DNA of 64,000 bases. Source: Octopus bimaculoides (lineage: Eukaryota). The notes below the pieces were generated by a model. It ran no database searches. It saw only the letters and a program-made list of their open reading frames with translations, and was not told where the DNA came from. A program made the translations under genes and the position numbers. Every line of letters begins with the position of its first letter. Position 1 is the stretch's first letter. Of the stretch, positions 25,380 through 38,498 are shown piece by piece. Where the stretch lies: NCBI RefSeq assembly GCF_001194135.2, contig NC_068995.1, positions 34,772,570 through 34,836,569 on the forward strand, written 5' to 3'.

Positions 25380-26084
25380 GTAGTCTGGATGCAAAGAGAA
25401 TAGAAATAGTGAAAAACTACAACTTGAAATGGCTTTGAGACACATCTGGCAGGATGTCACCTACCTTGCCAAAGGGAAGAAATACGCAACTGTGGAGGTG
25501 CAATTTGCATCTGAGGAGAAGGCCAAGCAACATTTGGTAGCCTACCATAAAACGGACGAGGTAATACTCCTGCCTACTTACCTTGGAAGACGTGCTTCCA
25601 GGGTGAGGGTGGAAGAGATACCCCTGCCCCCAGAGGTAGATGTTGCCTGGCTGGTGGCAGAAATACTGCTGGGTGTACAGAAGATTGAGGTCCTCCAGGC
25701 AACGAGAACTCCGCTAAAAAATTGGCAAGCGAAGAGCCTGGAGATAATTATTCAGGCTGCCGTGGAGGACGTGGAAAGAGTGGTCGACACCATAACGGTG
25801 GGCGACGAGGTGGTGTTGAGAGTTATAATGGAGGGTAGGAAGCCCCGCTGCTATAAACGTAACCAGAAATGCCACATAAAAGCATAGTGCTCTCCACCGA
25901 CCACAATGACACCAGCAGCACTGCAGGCCCGAGGAGAAATCGCACCTCCACCTCCTGTAATGGCAAGTGGTACAGGAGGGAGAGTGGAGGAGCCCGGCAA
26001 GGAGGAAAAGTGGAAGACGGTAAGCTGGAAAAAGAGAAAAAGAGAACCCATCCTACCCCCACCCAACCCCCACTCTCCCCCAAC
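25380..26084 (+). mobile_element. L1/Tx1-like ORF1 (gag-like) relic, running into a gap
   Basis: VTYLAKGKKYATVEVQFASEEKA...ILLPTYLGRRASRVRVEEIP...EGRKPRCYKRNQKCHIKA ends in a degenerate CX2CX4HX4C knuckle. Homologous to 1328-1636. Confidence 0.55.
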
Positions 26085-26462
26085 NNNNNNNNNNNNNNNN
26101 NNNNNNNNNNNNNNNNNNNNNNNNNNNNNNNNNNNNNNNNNNNNNNNNNNNNNNNNNNNNNNNNNNNNNNNNNNNNNNNNNNNNNNNNNNNNNNNNNNNN
26201 NNNNNNNNNNNNNNNNNNNNNNNNNNNNNNNNNNNNNNNNNNNNNNNNNNNNNNNNNNNNNNNNNNNNNNNNNNNNNNNNNNNNNNNNNNNNNNNNNNNN
26301 NNNNNNNNNNNNNNNNNNNNNNNNNNNNNNNNNNNNNNNNNNNNNNNNNNNNNNNNNNNNNNNNNNNNNNNNNNNNNNNNNNNNNNNNNNNNNNNNNNNN
26401 NNNNNNNNNNNNNNNNNNNNNNNNNNNNNNNNNNNNNNNNNNNNNNNNNNNNNNNNNNNNNN

Positions 26463-27295
26463 AAAAAAAAACTTGAAGTTAGCTAGAAAACTGCCTGCAA
26501 CCATTTGCAAGCGATCGGAAAATCACGAAAGCTCGACAAATGGGTACCCCATGATTTGAATGAAAATCAGAAAACGCGCAGATATGAAATTTGCGAGTTG
26601 CTTCTTCTCTGTAACTAGATCGATCTATTTCTAGACCGTATTGTAACTTGCGATGAAAAGTGGATTTTGTACAATAATAAAAGACGTTCTTCGCAGTGGC
26701 TAGACTAAAATGAAGCACCAAAAACCTTCCCTAAACCTGGGCTCGCTAAACAGAAGGTTATGGTCACTGCTTGGTGGTTTACCGTTGGAATCATCCACTA
26801 CATCTTCATAAAACCCGAAAAACCCATTACTGCAGAAACATATTGCGGTGAAATTAACAAAATGAACGAAAAACTGCTACTCCTCCGTCTCAGACTGGTC
26901 AACAGAAGAGGGTCAATCATCTCATGACAATACTCGACCACACGTTTCACTAATGATGCTCGAGAAGTTGAGGAAACTTGGCTATGAAATTCTTCCCCAC
27001 CCAGCTTATTCCCCAGACCTTTCTCCTACCGACTCGCACTTTTCAAGCACCTTGATTGTTTCCTGCGAGAAGAGTTAAAAAATCATACCAATGCTGAAAG
27101 TGCGTTCAAAGAGTTCATGAGCTCCAGAACTCCAGATTTTTATGTTACTGGAATAAACGAACTCGTAACTCGTTGGCTAAAAACGAATTGATTGTAATCG
27201 TACTTACTTTGATGAATAAAATTTCTACATTGTTGAAATATATTGTGATAAATGTCATGCTTCAAAACGCTGCTTACTCTTTACTCAGCCTGATA
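26463..27295 (+). mobile_element. Mariner (DD34D) transposase pseudogene with 3' TIR
   Basis: WVPHDL, IVTCDEKW, HDNTRPH, YSPDLSPTD, with 34 residues between the 2nd and 3rd Asp. Several stops and frameshifts. Ends ...cagcctgaTA. Confidence 0.95.
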
Positions 27296-27571
27296 TATAA
27301 AGTTCGCTAGGTCATCCAGCTGGTCAACTTAAAATTTCTACCTATCACTGAGTTTTGTCATGATATAATCCAAGAATTCATCAATGAAATACTGCTGAAA
27401 CAGCTGTTGTGAATTTTAAACCCCATTTGTGTATTTTTATACACACACACTTACATACATACATACATACATGCATACATACATACATACATACATACAT
27501 ACATACATACATAGTACATACATACATACATACGTACATATTTATGCGTGTGTATATGTGTATATATATAT

Positions 27572-27607
<36 letters not shown>

Positions 27608-28434
27608 CTGTGCGTGCGTGCGTGCATGTGTATTACAGTATATAAATTTATTTAAGTGCTAGGAACAAACTATTTTTCTATGAAATATATATAAAAAGGT
27701 TCTTTAAATAATACATCAAAATGAGATAACCTGAAAAAACAAAACTGAATTTGTGGTCATTAATTGGGAGTTCTGCGTCCTTGTATGCTTGTACGTGCTA
27801 ATAATTACATTCTTTCTGCATCAAGAAATAAAGAAAATCTACGAAGAACTCAGTGTATTATTTATTAAATCATCTCTGTATTCATGGATTCAATTCTTCT
27901 CACAATCATCACATATATTAGTGTGGTATCATAATTTATTTTGAAGGATCTAATTCAGTTAGTGTCAGAAATCTTTTTAATATAATATCTCATAAGGTAA
28001 ATATATAAGTTTATGATCATCTTATTGCATTTATGATTTTGCAGATTTCCCAATTGTCATTGCACGTTCGATGAAATAATATTAAATTAAATACATACTG
28101 TTCGGAAGTAAACCGAGTAAAGGGAAAAGATAATATTACTATTTTGTATTATTTTACATTTATTTTGATTTTATATTAGTATAAACAATTCATATAACAT
28201 TGACACAGACTTTGGAAATTCAATTTCCCATAAATATTTCCAGTATCAGATTCAGTGTGATTAATTAAATGAAATATATGAGTTAGCCGGCACTTCACTA
28301 CATATAAGAATTTTTTTTCTCCATTTTTCTACTGTTTACTCTCCATTTCACTATCTGCATATCTCTCTCCCCATTTCTCATTTATATGTACATATATACA
28401 TATACATACATATATACACATATAAATACATATG

Positions 28435-28500
<66 letters not shown>

Positions 28501-30327
28501 NNNNNNNNNNNNNNNNNNNNNNNNNNNNNNNNNNNNNNNNNNNNNNNNNNNNNNNNNNNNNNNNNNNNNNNNNNNNNNNNNNNNNNNNNNNNNNNNNNNN
28601 NNNNNNNNAAGGAAATGTGTATATACATGCATAAATATATGCATGTATATATATATGTGCATGTATATATATATATATACATATATGCGTATACATATAT
28701 ATATTCATACATACATACACATACATATTTTTCCCACATGTTCTCTTACGTAGATTCATACATAGCCTGCTATTTATATATCACCCTTATATTATCCATA
28801 ATTTAATCCACCCAACTATCTCACAGCTACTCATCTATAAATCTTTCATTCATTTCCCTTTTTCGCATATATCTTAACTCATCTGCCTACCCATCTCTCA
28901 CTACCAAACTCTCAGTAATTGGATCAATATTCTACATTCTCTGTCTCTCTGTCTCTCTGTCTCTCTCTCCAGCTTTTAATTTGCTCTTGCCAGTCTATTC
29001 CGGTATCTCTCACCAACACTTTTCGATATAACTTTCCTTCTAAAGGTGTCTATTTAGAATTTCCTCATTCTAATTTTACTTCTTCTATCCACAAGTTATT
29101 ACACTATTATTCATTCCCAAACTATCACCTCTGTATATTTATGTCTTTCTAGATGTATTCATATCTAATTTGTATTTTTCAAGAATATTGTTTTAACTGA
29201 AACAAGCATACATTATCATTTTTATAAATACATAAAGACAATATCAAAAAAGTATTATAAAAATACATAGTAAATACATAAATATGAAATCAAAGGATAA
29301 AACAATCTTGCTCAACACAAAATGCATACAATACGGGCCTACAAACTTATTCCTCACACATACTGTATGCACACAATCACAAATGATAGACATATTAATA
29401 CACATTGTCTTTTTGGATAATTTAAAATATATGGTAAGTTATATCATAATCATTCAAATTCAGCATTGAAGTAAATAGTCCTTACATTGCATGTTTTATG
29501 TTTGTTTTGGCGGGGAAACGTTGGGACTTACCTGGAGAGTTGTTACAAGATTAGATATTTATGTAGCAATTTTCTCACCCGTAGAGATTTCTAGCTTATT
29601 GTTATTTATAGTTTGTAAACACAACTCAACTAAAATGGTCAGTCATTGTGCACACATACATGGCTAATTAATACATAACGCCTTACGCAGCCATTTGGGT
29701 GGCTTTGATATGTAAGGTATATAGTGTTAAAAAACAACATCAAATAAATATAAAGTTTAGTTCAGTCATGGAAGGACTTGCTTGCAACATAGATCTCTAC
29801 ATGGTCCAAAATACGGGAAAATCAATGTGGATAATTTGTAATATTCTTACAAACTCATCTATTAAAGGTAGCTAATTAAAAAGATAACTATCTTTTCTAT
29901 GTGGAATATAGTAGCTTCCAGCTATTTATGATGAATGTAGACTAGGATAATCCTCGACTGGATAATCTAGTTTGGATACGACTACCCGAACTGTTTGATT
30001 TAAATAAACTCCGTTGTTATTTCTTGGACTGTTACAGATACACTGATCAGTTTAGCGAAGTTCTTGTTTGTAGCTTAAAAGGTAGTTTAATCCACGTTTA
30101 TAACATAATTTAGATTAATAGGTTTTAGCATTATAGCTATAAAGTAGTAAGTATATATAAGTAGCTATGAGCTAGCTACAATTAATCTGTGAACAGAAAA
30201 TCAATAGCCGCTACCTGATGAAAGCCTTGAAAGATTAGAAACTAGCTAAATAAATCTTAACCGTTTTATACACGAGGGCATAAAATAACCTATGGGGCAA
30301 ACGTTCTTTCATTTTATATTGTGAGGC

Positions 30328-30369
<42 letters not shown>

Positions 30370-30374
<5 letters not shown>

Positions 30375-30738
30375 TATATATTATTTTATCGGTTTCAGCT
30401 CAAAGCTGTGCTCATGCTGGGGCACCGCCGTTCTGCTACACTGTTATTATTGAGAGTCTCCTCTGATATGTGGCATTTGGAGAATAAGAGAGTTTGATGT
30501 TGCTTCCCTCATTTGCGCTCCCTGCCGCGAGGTAGGTTCATCTGGGACATTCGACAGGAAGACATTCAGTTATGGTTTCAAAACACCTATATCCACTTTG
30601 CGTTTCGTCCTCGGCCGCCTGGTCTACTACACCCAACTGTGGTCAGCCCATAGTGTAAAATTAAAACAGCGAATCTTGAAGCAATCCAAAGAAGCTACAG
30701 CCTGATTTTCAAGGGCTCACAGCTTATTAATACATACA

Positions 30739-30770
<32 letters not shown>

Positions 30771-31680
30771 AATATATATGTCTGTTTGTTCACTTGCCTG
30801 TGTTCTAGCAGTGTGATGAACACACTTCGGAACTTCGTTCAGTATTTCACTTACCCTCATCGTGTTTCTTGTAAGGGATCCATCCTTTTGGAAGAGGGGT
30901 TCTATCTTGTGAGTTATTAAGGCTGTTTCTTTTTCAAACTTAAAGAGAGCTTTAGGGTTTGACTTGATATATTCCATAACCCAAGCTTCTTTATTTGCTC
31001 TCTCCTTTTCATGAGATTGATGCAGATATTTCTCAATCTCCAATAACGCTCTCTCTAGGTGAGACTTCCCGCCACTTTAGAGATGCTTGCTCATGCGGTT
31101 CGCAATCCTTCTCCGTCATCTCATAAGAATCTTCTTTTCTCTAGTGATCCTGTTTTTGTGTATGTTGGTCTTGCACAAAGTGACAGATTTGTTACATATG
31201 GCTTGTATTATGGACATGAAATGCTTGTGCTTCATGTCAATGTCTGGTGCGGAGAGACTTTTAGGCCAATCCTGTTGGAGGATCTCTTTCTCAAGCAACA
31301 GTTTGCTTTATCAAATTTTAGTTTGGAGAGATTTTGGGTACTTCGTATAGGCCGTATGTCTGCAGGAGCTTTTGGTCCATACATAGACAACTCTATTATA
31401 CTGTGATCCGAGATCAGTGTCGGTGTCACTTTAACATTATGGATAATGTCCATAGTGTTTGTGAAGCAGAGATCCAATATATTATATACCTTGGTTGGTT
31501 GCAGCACGATTTGCTCCATGACAAAAGCATTGGTAAGGTGGTGCAAGGACTCTACCTGCGCTTACTGTTGGTCGTTATTCCTGGGAGAATCTGGCCCCCA
31601 GGCCATCCCATATTAGGGAAGTTAAACTCACCCAAAAGGAATACACTAATGTGTTGTTCCAGCTTGGTGAGAACTTCTGT
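30370..31680 (-). mobile_element. CR1-type LINE relic: APE domain, linker and 3' end, internally deleted, with an inverted segment
   Basis: FLLGEFNFPNMGW...QIVLQPTK..NILDLCFTN...ISDH (APE); IKSNPKALFKF linker; 3' end FLSNVPDEPT...SNSLI. Segment 30600-30715 is a plus-strand RT piece (FVLGRLVYYTQLWS...LEAIQRSY). Confidence 0.85.
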
Positions 31681-31691
31681 GTGTGTATGTG

Positions 31692-31759
<68 letters not shown>

Positions 31760-32819
31760 TCAGTAAATGGTGGAGTTGTGTTAACCGCATGTGGAGAAAT
31801 GATAGGAAAGGAAAAAATAACAATAAGGCAGAATGCTAAACTGAAAGCATATTTTAATATAAATGAGTGTAAGGTTTACAAAAGGATTTCAAACCGGCTT
31901 TTATTGCATGGCAAATTTTCAAGGTAAGGAGAAAAACAACAAAGAGTTTTTTTTCCAAAAAATAAGAAATATATAAAAATATAAATATGCCAATACATCA
32001 TAATGTCTTTAAGCTTTTGAAGTTCAATAATTTTCCTTGGAAAACCTTGTTGGAAGAGTTAGGATGCATGCGTTTCTGTGTAGTGCTTTTTTCAAGAGGG
32101 ATAGATGTTTATGTGTCAGATAGGAAATAGGGTAGTAATATCAAGTTGATGTGAATATGGGCATATAATTCTGTGGGTGTTGTACTCTTTAATTGGAATG
32201 TTGGATTCTTTGTCAACAGGATGCTTATGTCTGTTCTTAGATTTAATGAGGAAGGTTAAGAAAAAGAATTCGGTCACCGTGTAGTTTGCATATTAAGAAG
32301 TGTTTGTAATTTTTCAATAAAAGGATTCTCCTTGTTGATTCTCTCTTGTGGAGAGATTCTGTCTTTACATTGTACTCCATCTGGCGAGAGAACTATATTG
32401 TTTAATGAACACTGAAATTATGTGATGTGTTCGTTAAATGATATATATATATATANNNNNNNNNNNNNNNNNNNNNNNNNNNNNNNNNNNNNNNNNNNNN
32501 NNNNNNNNNNNNNNNNNNNNNNNNNNNNNNNNNNNNNNNNNNNNNNNNNNNNNNNNNNNNNNNNNNNNNNNNNNNNNNNNNNNNNNNNNNNNNNNNNNNN
32601 NNNNNNNNNNNNNNNNNNNNNNNNNNNNNNNNNNNNNNNNNNNNNNNNNNNNNNNNNNNNNNNNNNNNNNNNNNNNNNNNNNNNNNNNNNNNNNNNNNNN
32701 NNNNNNNNNNNNNNNNNNNNNNNNNNNNNNNNNNNNNNNNNNNNNNNNNNNNNNNNNNNNNNNNNNNNNNNNNNNNNNNNNNNNNNNNNNNNNNNNNNNN
32801 NNNNNNNNNNNNNNNNNNN

Positions 32820-33142
32820 CAGCCTCGGTTTCAGAGGACCTCAGCTCTTCAATGCCCTGCCAAAACATTTGAGAGACATGCAAGACATGGATGCGGAGGT
32901 CTTCAAGACAAAACTTGACGCTTTCCTCTCCACGATACCAGACGAACCAATGGCTCGTAATGAGACGCAGTTTAGGGCAGCTGTGTCAAATTCTCTTATA
33001 CACCAGATGTGCCATCAAAACTCTTGATTGGACCATGTCAGGTGGGGGAGAAGAGCCATGCAAGCAACGTGAAAATCACGGTGGTGCACCAGCATGACCG
33101 CAGCCACTTGGCTGAAACACATAAATAAATAAATAAATAAAT
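32820..33142 (+). mobile_element. CR1-type LINE 3' end with (TAAA)n tail
   Basis: SLGFRGPQLFNALPKHLRD...FKTKLDAFLSTIPDEP...SNSLIHQ*, then a 3' UTR and a taaa tail. Confidence 0.9.
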
Positions 33143-34411
33143 ATGTACATAGATACATATAATGTTGATATGAACAATAATGAAAACACTCCGTATTTCT
33201 TAGCGTTCATAATAAATGAGAAGAATACGCGCCACTTAACTATTCTTGATCCACTGCTAATTTCAGAGTTGATAGGTTGTATAAATTTATATTGTAAATC
33301 TTATTTGTCTTGGTCATGAACATAGTTCTTCTGTAAATATTTGTCTGATTACTGACAATAGTTTATCGAATAGCAGGAACAGCTATAATTGTAAGTTCAA
33401 GGAACAGTAAATATAAACGGAATATACAAAGAAAACACTATGTCTATGTGTGTGAGTGTGTATGTATATATAAATATTTGTGTGTGTGTGTGAGATAGTG
33501 TGTGTGTATTTATATATATATATATATATATNNNNNNNNNNNNNNNNNNNNNNNNNNNNNNNNNNNNNNNNNNNNNNNNNNNNNNNNNNNNNNNNNNNNN
33601 NNNNNNNNNNNNNNNNNNNNNNNNNNNNNNNNNNNNNNNNNNNNNNNNNNNNNNNNNNNNNNNNNNNNNNNNNNNNNNNNNNNNNNNNNNNNNNNNNNNN
33701 NNNNNNNNNNNNNNNNNNNNNNNNNNNNNNNNNNNNNNNNNNNNNNNNNNNNNNNNNNNNNNNNNNNNNNNNNNNNNNNNNNNNNNNNNNNNNNNNNNNN
33801 NNNNNNNNNNNNNNNNNNNNNNNNNNNNNNNNNNNNNNNNNNNNNNNNNNNNNNNNNNNNNNNNNNNNNNNNNNNNNNNNNNNNNNNNNNNNNNNNNNNN
33901 NNNNNNNNNNNNNNNNNNNNNNNNNNNNNNNNNNNNNNNNNNNNNNNNNNNNNNNNNNNNNNNNNNNNNNNNNNNNNNNNNNNNNNNNNNNNNNNNNNNN
34001 NNNNNNNNNNNNNNNNNNNNNNNNNNNNNNNNNNNNNNNNNNNNNNNNNNNNNNNNNNNNNNNNNNNNNNNNNNNNNNNNNNNNNNNNNNNNNNNNNNNN
34101 NNNNNNNNNNNNNNNNNNNNNNNNNNNNNNNNNNNNNNNNNNNNNNNNNNNNNNNNNNNNNNNNNNNNNNNNNNNNNNNNNNNNNNNNNNNNNNNNNNNN
34201 NNNNNNNNNNNNNNNNNNNNNNNNNNNNNNNNNNNNNNNNNNNNNNNNNNNNNNNNNNNNNNNNNNNNNNNNNNNNNNNNNNNNNNNNNNNNNNNNNNNN
34301 NNNNNNNNNNNNNNNNNNNNNNNNNNNNNNNNNNNNNNNNNNNNNNNNNNNNNNNNACTCTTATTCCAACCAATACTGTTGCTAAGTACACACTCAGTTG
34401 CTTATACACAC

Positions 34412-34468
<57 letters not shown>

Positions 34469-35150
34469 ATACATAATGGGACAAGAACACAAAACATCCA
34501 GAGAGTTAGGTGATACAAGAAGGGGACAAAATATCCATATATATATATATTTATATATTTATATCATAGCGTGGTGTCCACGCAGGTATGTACTTTCCGT
34601 TGTACTGTCTGTTTTGAGCCTCCTTAGGATTTGATATATATCTAGTACTTCACCTTCGTAGGTCTTAAATTTTGACGGAACGGTGACATGTCCGTTTTGA
34701 CATACCGCGTGCCTGGAACATTTTCAGCGAGGTGAGGGGGTCTATTCTAAGCCAAACCTAATCACTGAAGCGCTCGCTCAGAATGACGTCGGTGACTAAA
34801 ACCAACTGATATTCTGAGATTAGTCAAAAATATTGGGTGATATATAGAAATCTTTCAACAAATATTTGATGATATTTGATGATATTTGATGCAAAGCTAG
34901 CTAGGCTAATATTTAATCAATGTGCACATTTGAAACATTGTTAGATTAAGATATTACAGCTAACCGCTGTCCTCTTTTAGATATGCATTAAAAATTTTAT
35001 ACTCATCGTTATTTTAATCATAAGTTATTTCAATGCTATACTCACACACACACGCAAACACGCACGCATACACACACACGCACACATACACACACATGCA
35101 CACACATGCACACACACACANNNNNNNNNNTATTATTATTATTATTATTA

Positions 35151-35182
<32 letters not shown>

Positions 35183-35746
35183 GAGTGAGAGAGCACAGCA
35201 TGACATCAAATTGACGCTGGGGTAAAATGTAAAATATACGAAGTCCAGTATACCCATCATGACTACCCGTTTGACAAGGGTATACCAGGCGCATGCATCA
35301 CAACCATATGTGCACGGCATGGTGATCCCATATCAAGATTAATAGCACATGAATTTGCAGGTGGGGGCCTAGTTAAAATTTTCTTCAGGTCGAGTAGCAC
35401 ATCTTGCTCAAAAGGTTCCTGAATAAGGGTTGTTTAAGGATGTTGAACGAAACACCCACGTTTCGAGGGGCGAATTATCCAAACCCCAAAGAATTCCCCG
35501 CAACACATGGCTATGATGCTCCTCCTCTATTTCTGCGCGTGATCAGAGATGCACATATTGTCAGCAACTAAGGGACATGCTCAACTGGTTAAGGTCAAAC
35601 AACTGACAAGCAAATCTACGGTATTGAGCAGAATATTTGCTGTAGCCCATCTTTTATATCAAGTTAAAACAATGTACATGATGATACTTCCAATCAGTTT
35701 AAATGAGAAACTGCGAAAGCCACTGCCTGGTACCGCATCAGGGCGT
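35183..35746 (-). mobile_element. Non-coding interspersed repeat (about 560 bp) flanked by (AAT)n; probably a non-autonomous retroelement
   Basis: Discrete complex segment bounded on both sides by TAA tracts, with no recognisable ORF. Resembles a repeat I recall as abundant in octopus (not searched). Confidence 0.5.
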
Positions 35747-35806
35747 TTATTATTATTAGTATTGTTGTTGTTGTTATTATTATTGTTGTTGCTATTATTA
35801 TTATTG

Positions 35807-36514
35807 TTCAGTAGTTTTATTTTTATAAAGTGCTTTCACTTCACTACCGAGCGCAGCTCTGTGCGCCTTGGGTATGTGCTGTGGTTTGCTGTGGTGCTCT
35901 TATGTTTACTGTATTGAAACTGTTTTACGTAGAATGTGTGCAGTACCCAGTAGTGCAATTTTCTGTATGTTATATCCATATTTTATATGTATGTGTTGTT
36001 GTGTTTTCGTTTTTTGGGTAGAGCACTGCTGTGAAATAGGCGTGTAGGATCGAAATGTATTCCTCACGTGTCCATTTATGCCGTTTTGGTTTTGTTTGCG
36101 GGACATGAGGAACAACGTCCGGCCCTTTATTTTGAAGNNNNNNNNNNNNNNNNNNNNNNNNNNNNNNNNNNNNNNNNNNNNNNNNNNNNNNNNNNNNNNN
36201 NNNNNNNNNNNNNNNNNNNNNNNNNNNNNNNNNNNNNNNNNNNNNNNNNNNNNNNNNNNNNNNNNNNNNNNNNNNNNNNNNNNNNNNNNNNNNNNNNNNN
36301 NNNNNNNNNNAATACCGGTGTTATTTAATCTGTTTGTAATTTTTTTGTACATGATGTTTTTGGGTTCGAAGATGGTCTGATTTTGATGTAACACGTGCGT
36401 TTACGATCGCTGTGCGGGTAGTGGAGGTATCAAGTTAAAATACATCATTAAATTTCAATGAGTATTACTTCCTCGGATATAGTCCAACCCTTTGTCAGCT
36501 ATTTTTTGGCTCTA
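35807..36514 (-). mobile_element. R4/Dong-type retrotransposon, 5'-truncated, with a gap
   Basis: ORF end YNIQKIALLGTAHILRKTVSIQ*, a short 3' UTR ending in (AAT/AAC)n, and an RT-like fragment NIMYKKIT upstream of the gap. Confidence 0.75.

Positions 36515-36586
<72 letters not shown>
36515..36586. repeat. (TAT)n microsatellite
   Basis: About 24 uninterrupted TAT units. Confidence 0.95.
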
Positions 36587-36587
<1 letters not shown>

Positions 36588-38454
36588 TGTATTTGCATTT
36601 AGCAGACCATTTTCTCATTGCAGAAATATATCTGCAACAGGTTTGAAATAATTACTGTCACGGTCCGTGATTTGACCACCGATCTCACGATTTGCTCCAA
36701 AATTTTAGCGACAAATATACAACCGTATTTGATACAAAAAAATCACAGTAACAGTAACTCCCTATTTATCGAAAATCGATTTTTCATTCCAATAGTAAAA
36801 AAAGTACATGTATGGATTTAGAAGCAGTAGTCTTCGTTGATTTCTTTGGGGTTATATGCATACCGTGTTAGTTTCCCAATATGTAACCGTCCATGAATGA
36901 CAATTCTAGATTTTGAATGTGTGATGCGACAACAAAATGCACAGGTGAGATTATCTCTGGACATTCAACCACGTGGAGTTTCAATATTCTACAATTTTCG
37001 TCAATTATGTTTCTCTAATTGATATCCCAACCGTTTGGAAAGAATTTCCGACCTAAGACCTGAGAAAGTAAGTACTAGAAATATATTAAATCCTAGAATG
37101 GTGTGTATTAGGCTCAAACAGGCGGTGGAATGGAAAGTTTATAATGGATATTTGAAACTAAATCTAGAACTCTTGCTTAGATTCCATGTAACTATGTTAT
37201 TGAATCTTTAAAATACCTAAAAACATGCATTCGTCGTTTTTATTTTAATAAAAAAAATTTTAACGCTGCATTCCGTGTTTCAGTCATGAGGCATGCTGAG
37301 ATGATTTTTGCTATTTATTTCAAACGTATATAATTTATTTGAAGGAGCTCAGTTCAAGAATTTATGGTATCATTTTAATCAGACTATACCGATAATATTT
37401 GTTGCCGGTAATAATATCATTAACCTGTTCGTTAAATACACCTAACGTGCTACATGCTAAATATCCATTCATTGAGACTACAATAGTACCAATATCTGCG
37501 GCTCATTGCATACTTAGGTAATGGCTACTACGATAGCTGAAAGTTTAGTTATGCTATATTCTTTTGGCATAGATATTTCGATGCTTCTGTTTTGCACTAA
37601 ACTGCTCAGCTGTTCAAATGTAAGAGTGTTTAACAATTATCGAAATAGCTAATTGTTTTCAAGTCGGATGCTTTAACAAGAATAAAAAAAAAAAAATGAA
37701 ACACCTGTGTGCCAATTACTCACATTAGAACACTCTCAGAGTCATGAGTTTTTTGGAGTAGGAATGTTTTTTTCTTTTTTGTAGACGCTTCTATCTTTAT
37801 TCATTAATTCTTTTAGAGCTCTATCCCATATGTAACCTCCTCGAATTTATTCTCACATTTCCTTTATTCTAATTGCAGGATAAAATCATAAGAGCACCAT
37901 TATTTTATTGTCAACTCGAAATTCTGTTATCAATCAGGAGCATTCTTAATTGTATCATACTTTGCTGCTAAACATGGTAAGTTTGTAATTATGTTTTCCT
38001 TTTTGTATTATTTTCACTTTTTAAGTTTTTCCGAGGTGCTAAAAACAAGAAAAAGAAGATTGTCTCTTCAGAATGTTCCTTGTTTTGTATCATATACATA
38101 TTTCATATTTGTTTTATAAATTATTATTTCCAAATCGTCGTATACATCAATCATTGATGTAATTATTCCAAAGCACAATCGCCGATTGATTCATTATTCC
38201 ATTTAGAATTATTTTATATGTTGCTCGAATGCAACTAAAAAGGATTTCATTGAAAAATATCGACATCTTTCGAGTGACTTGATCTTTACAAAGCTTTGAT
38301 ACTAATTTAAGAATAGCTAATATAAATAAACATTGCCATTCATTTTTTAAGAGACTTTGAATCGGGCGTCACGAAGTTGCCACATTTTCTAAATTTTAGT
38401 AATCTGTATTTGAAATTAAGGAATAACAAAAGGTGTACAATGCACACACACACA

Positions 38455-38498
<44 letters not shown>

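Noticed and set aside
29526-29545. ACTTACCTGG resembling the U1 snRNA 5' end
   Set aside because: Similarity stops after 10 nt. It is simply a consensus splice donor on the minus strand, with stops in all upstream frames.
30211-30248. CTGATGA...GAAACTAG as a hammerhead ribozyme
   Set aside because: The core words are present, but stems I and II do not pair and U16.1 is missing. At best a dead relic.
31740-32400. Possible L1 ORF2 C-terminal relic
   Set aside because: I translated several frames and found no diagnostic motif.
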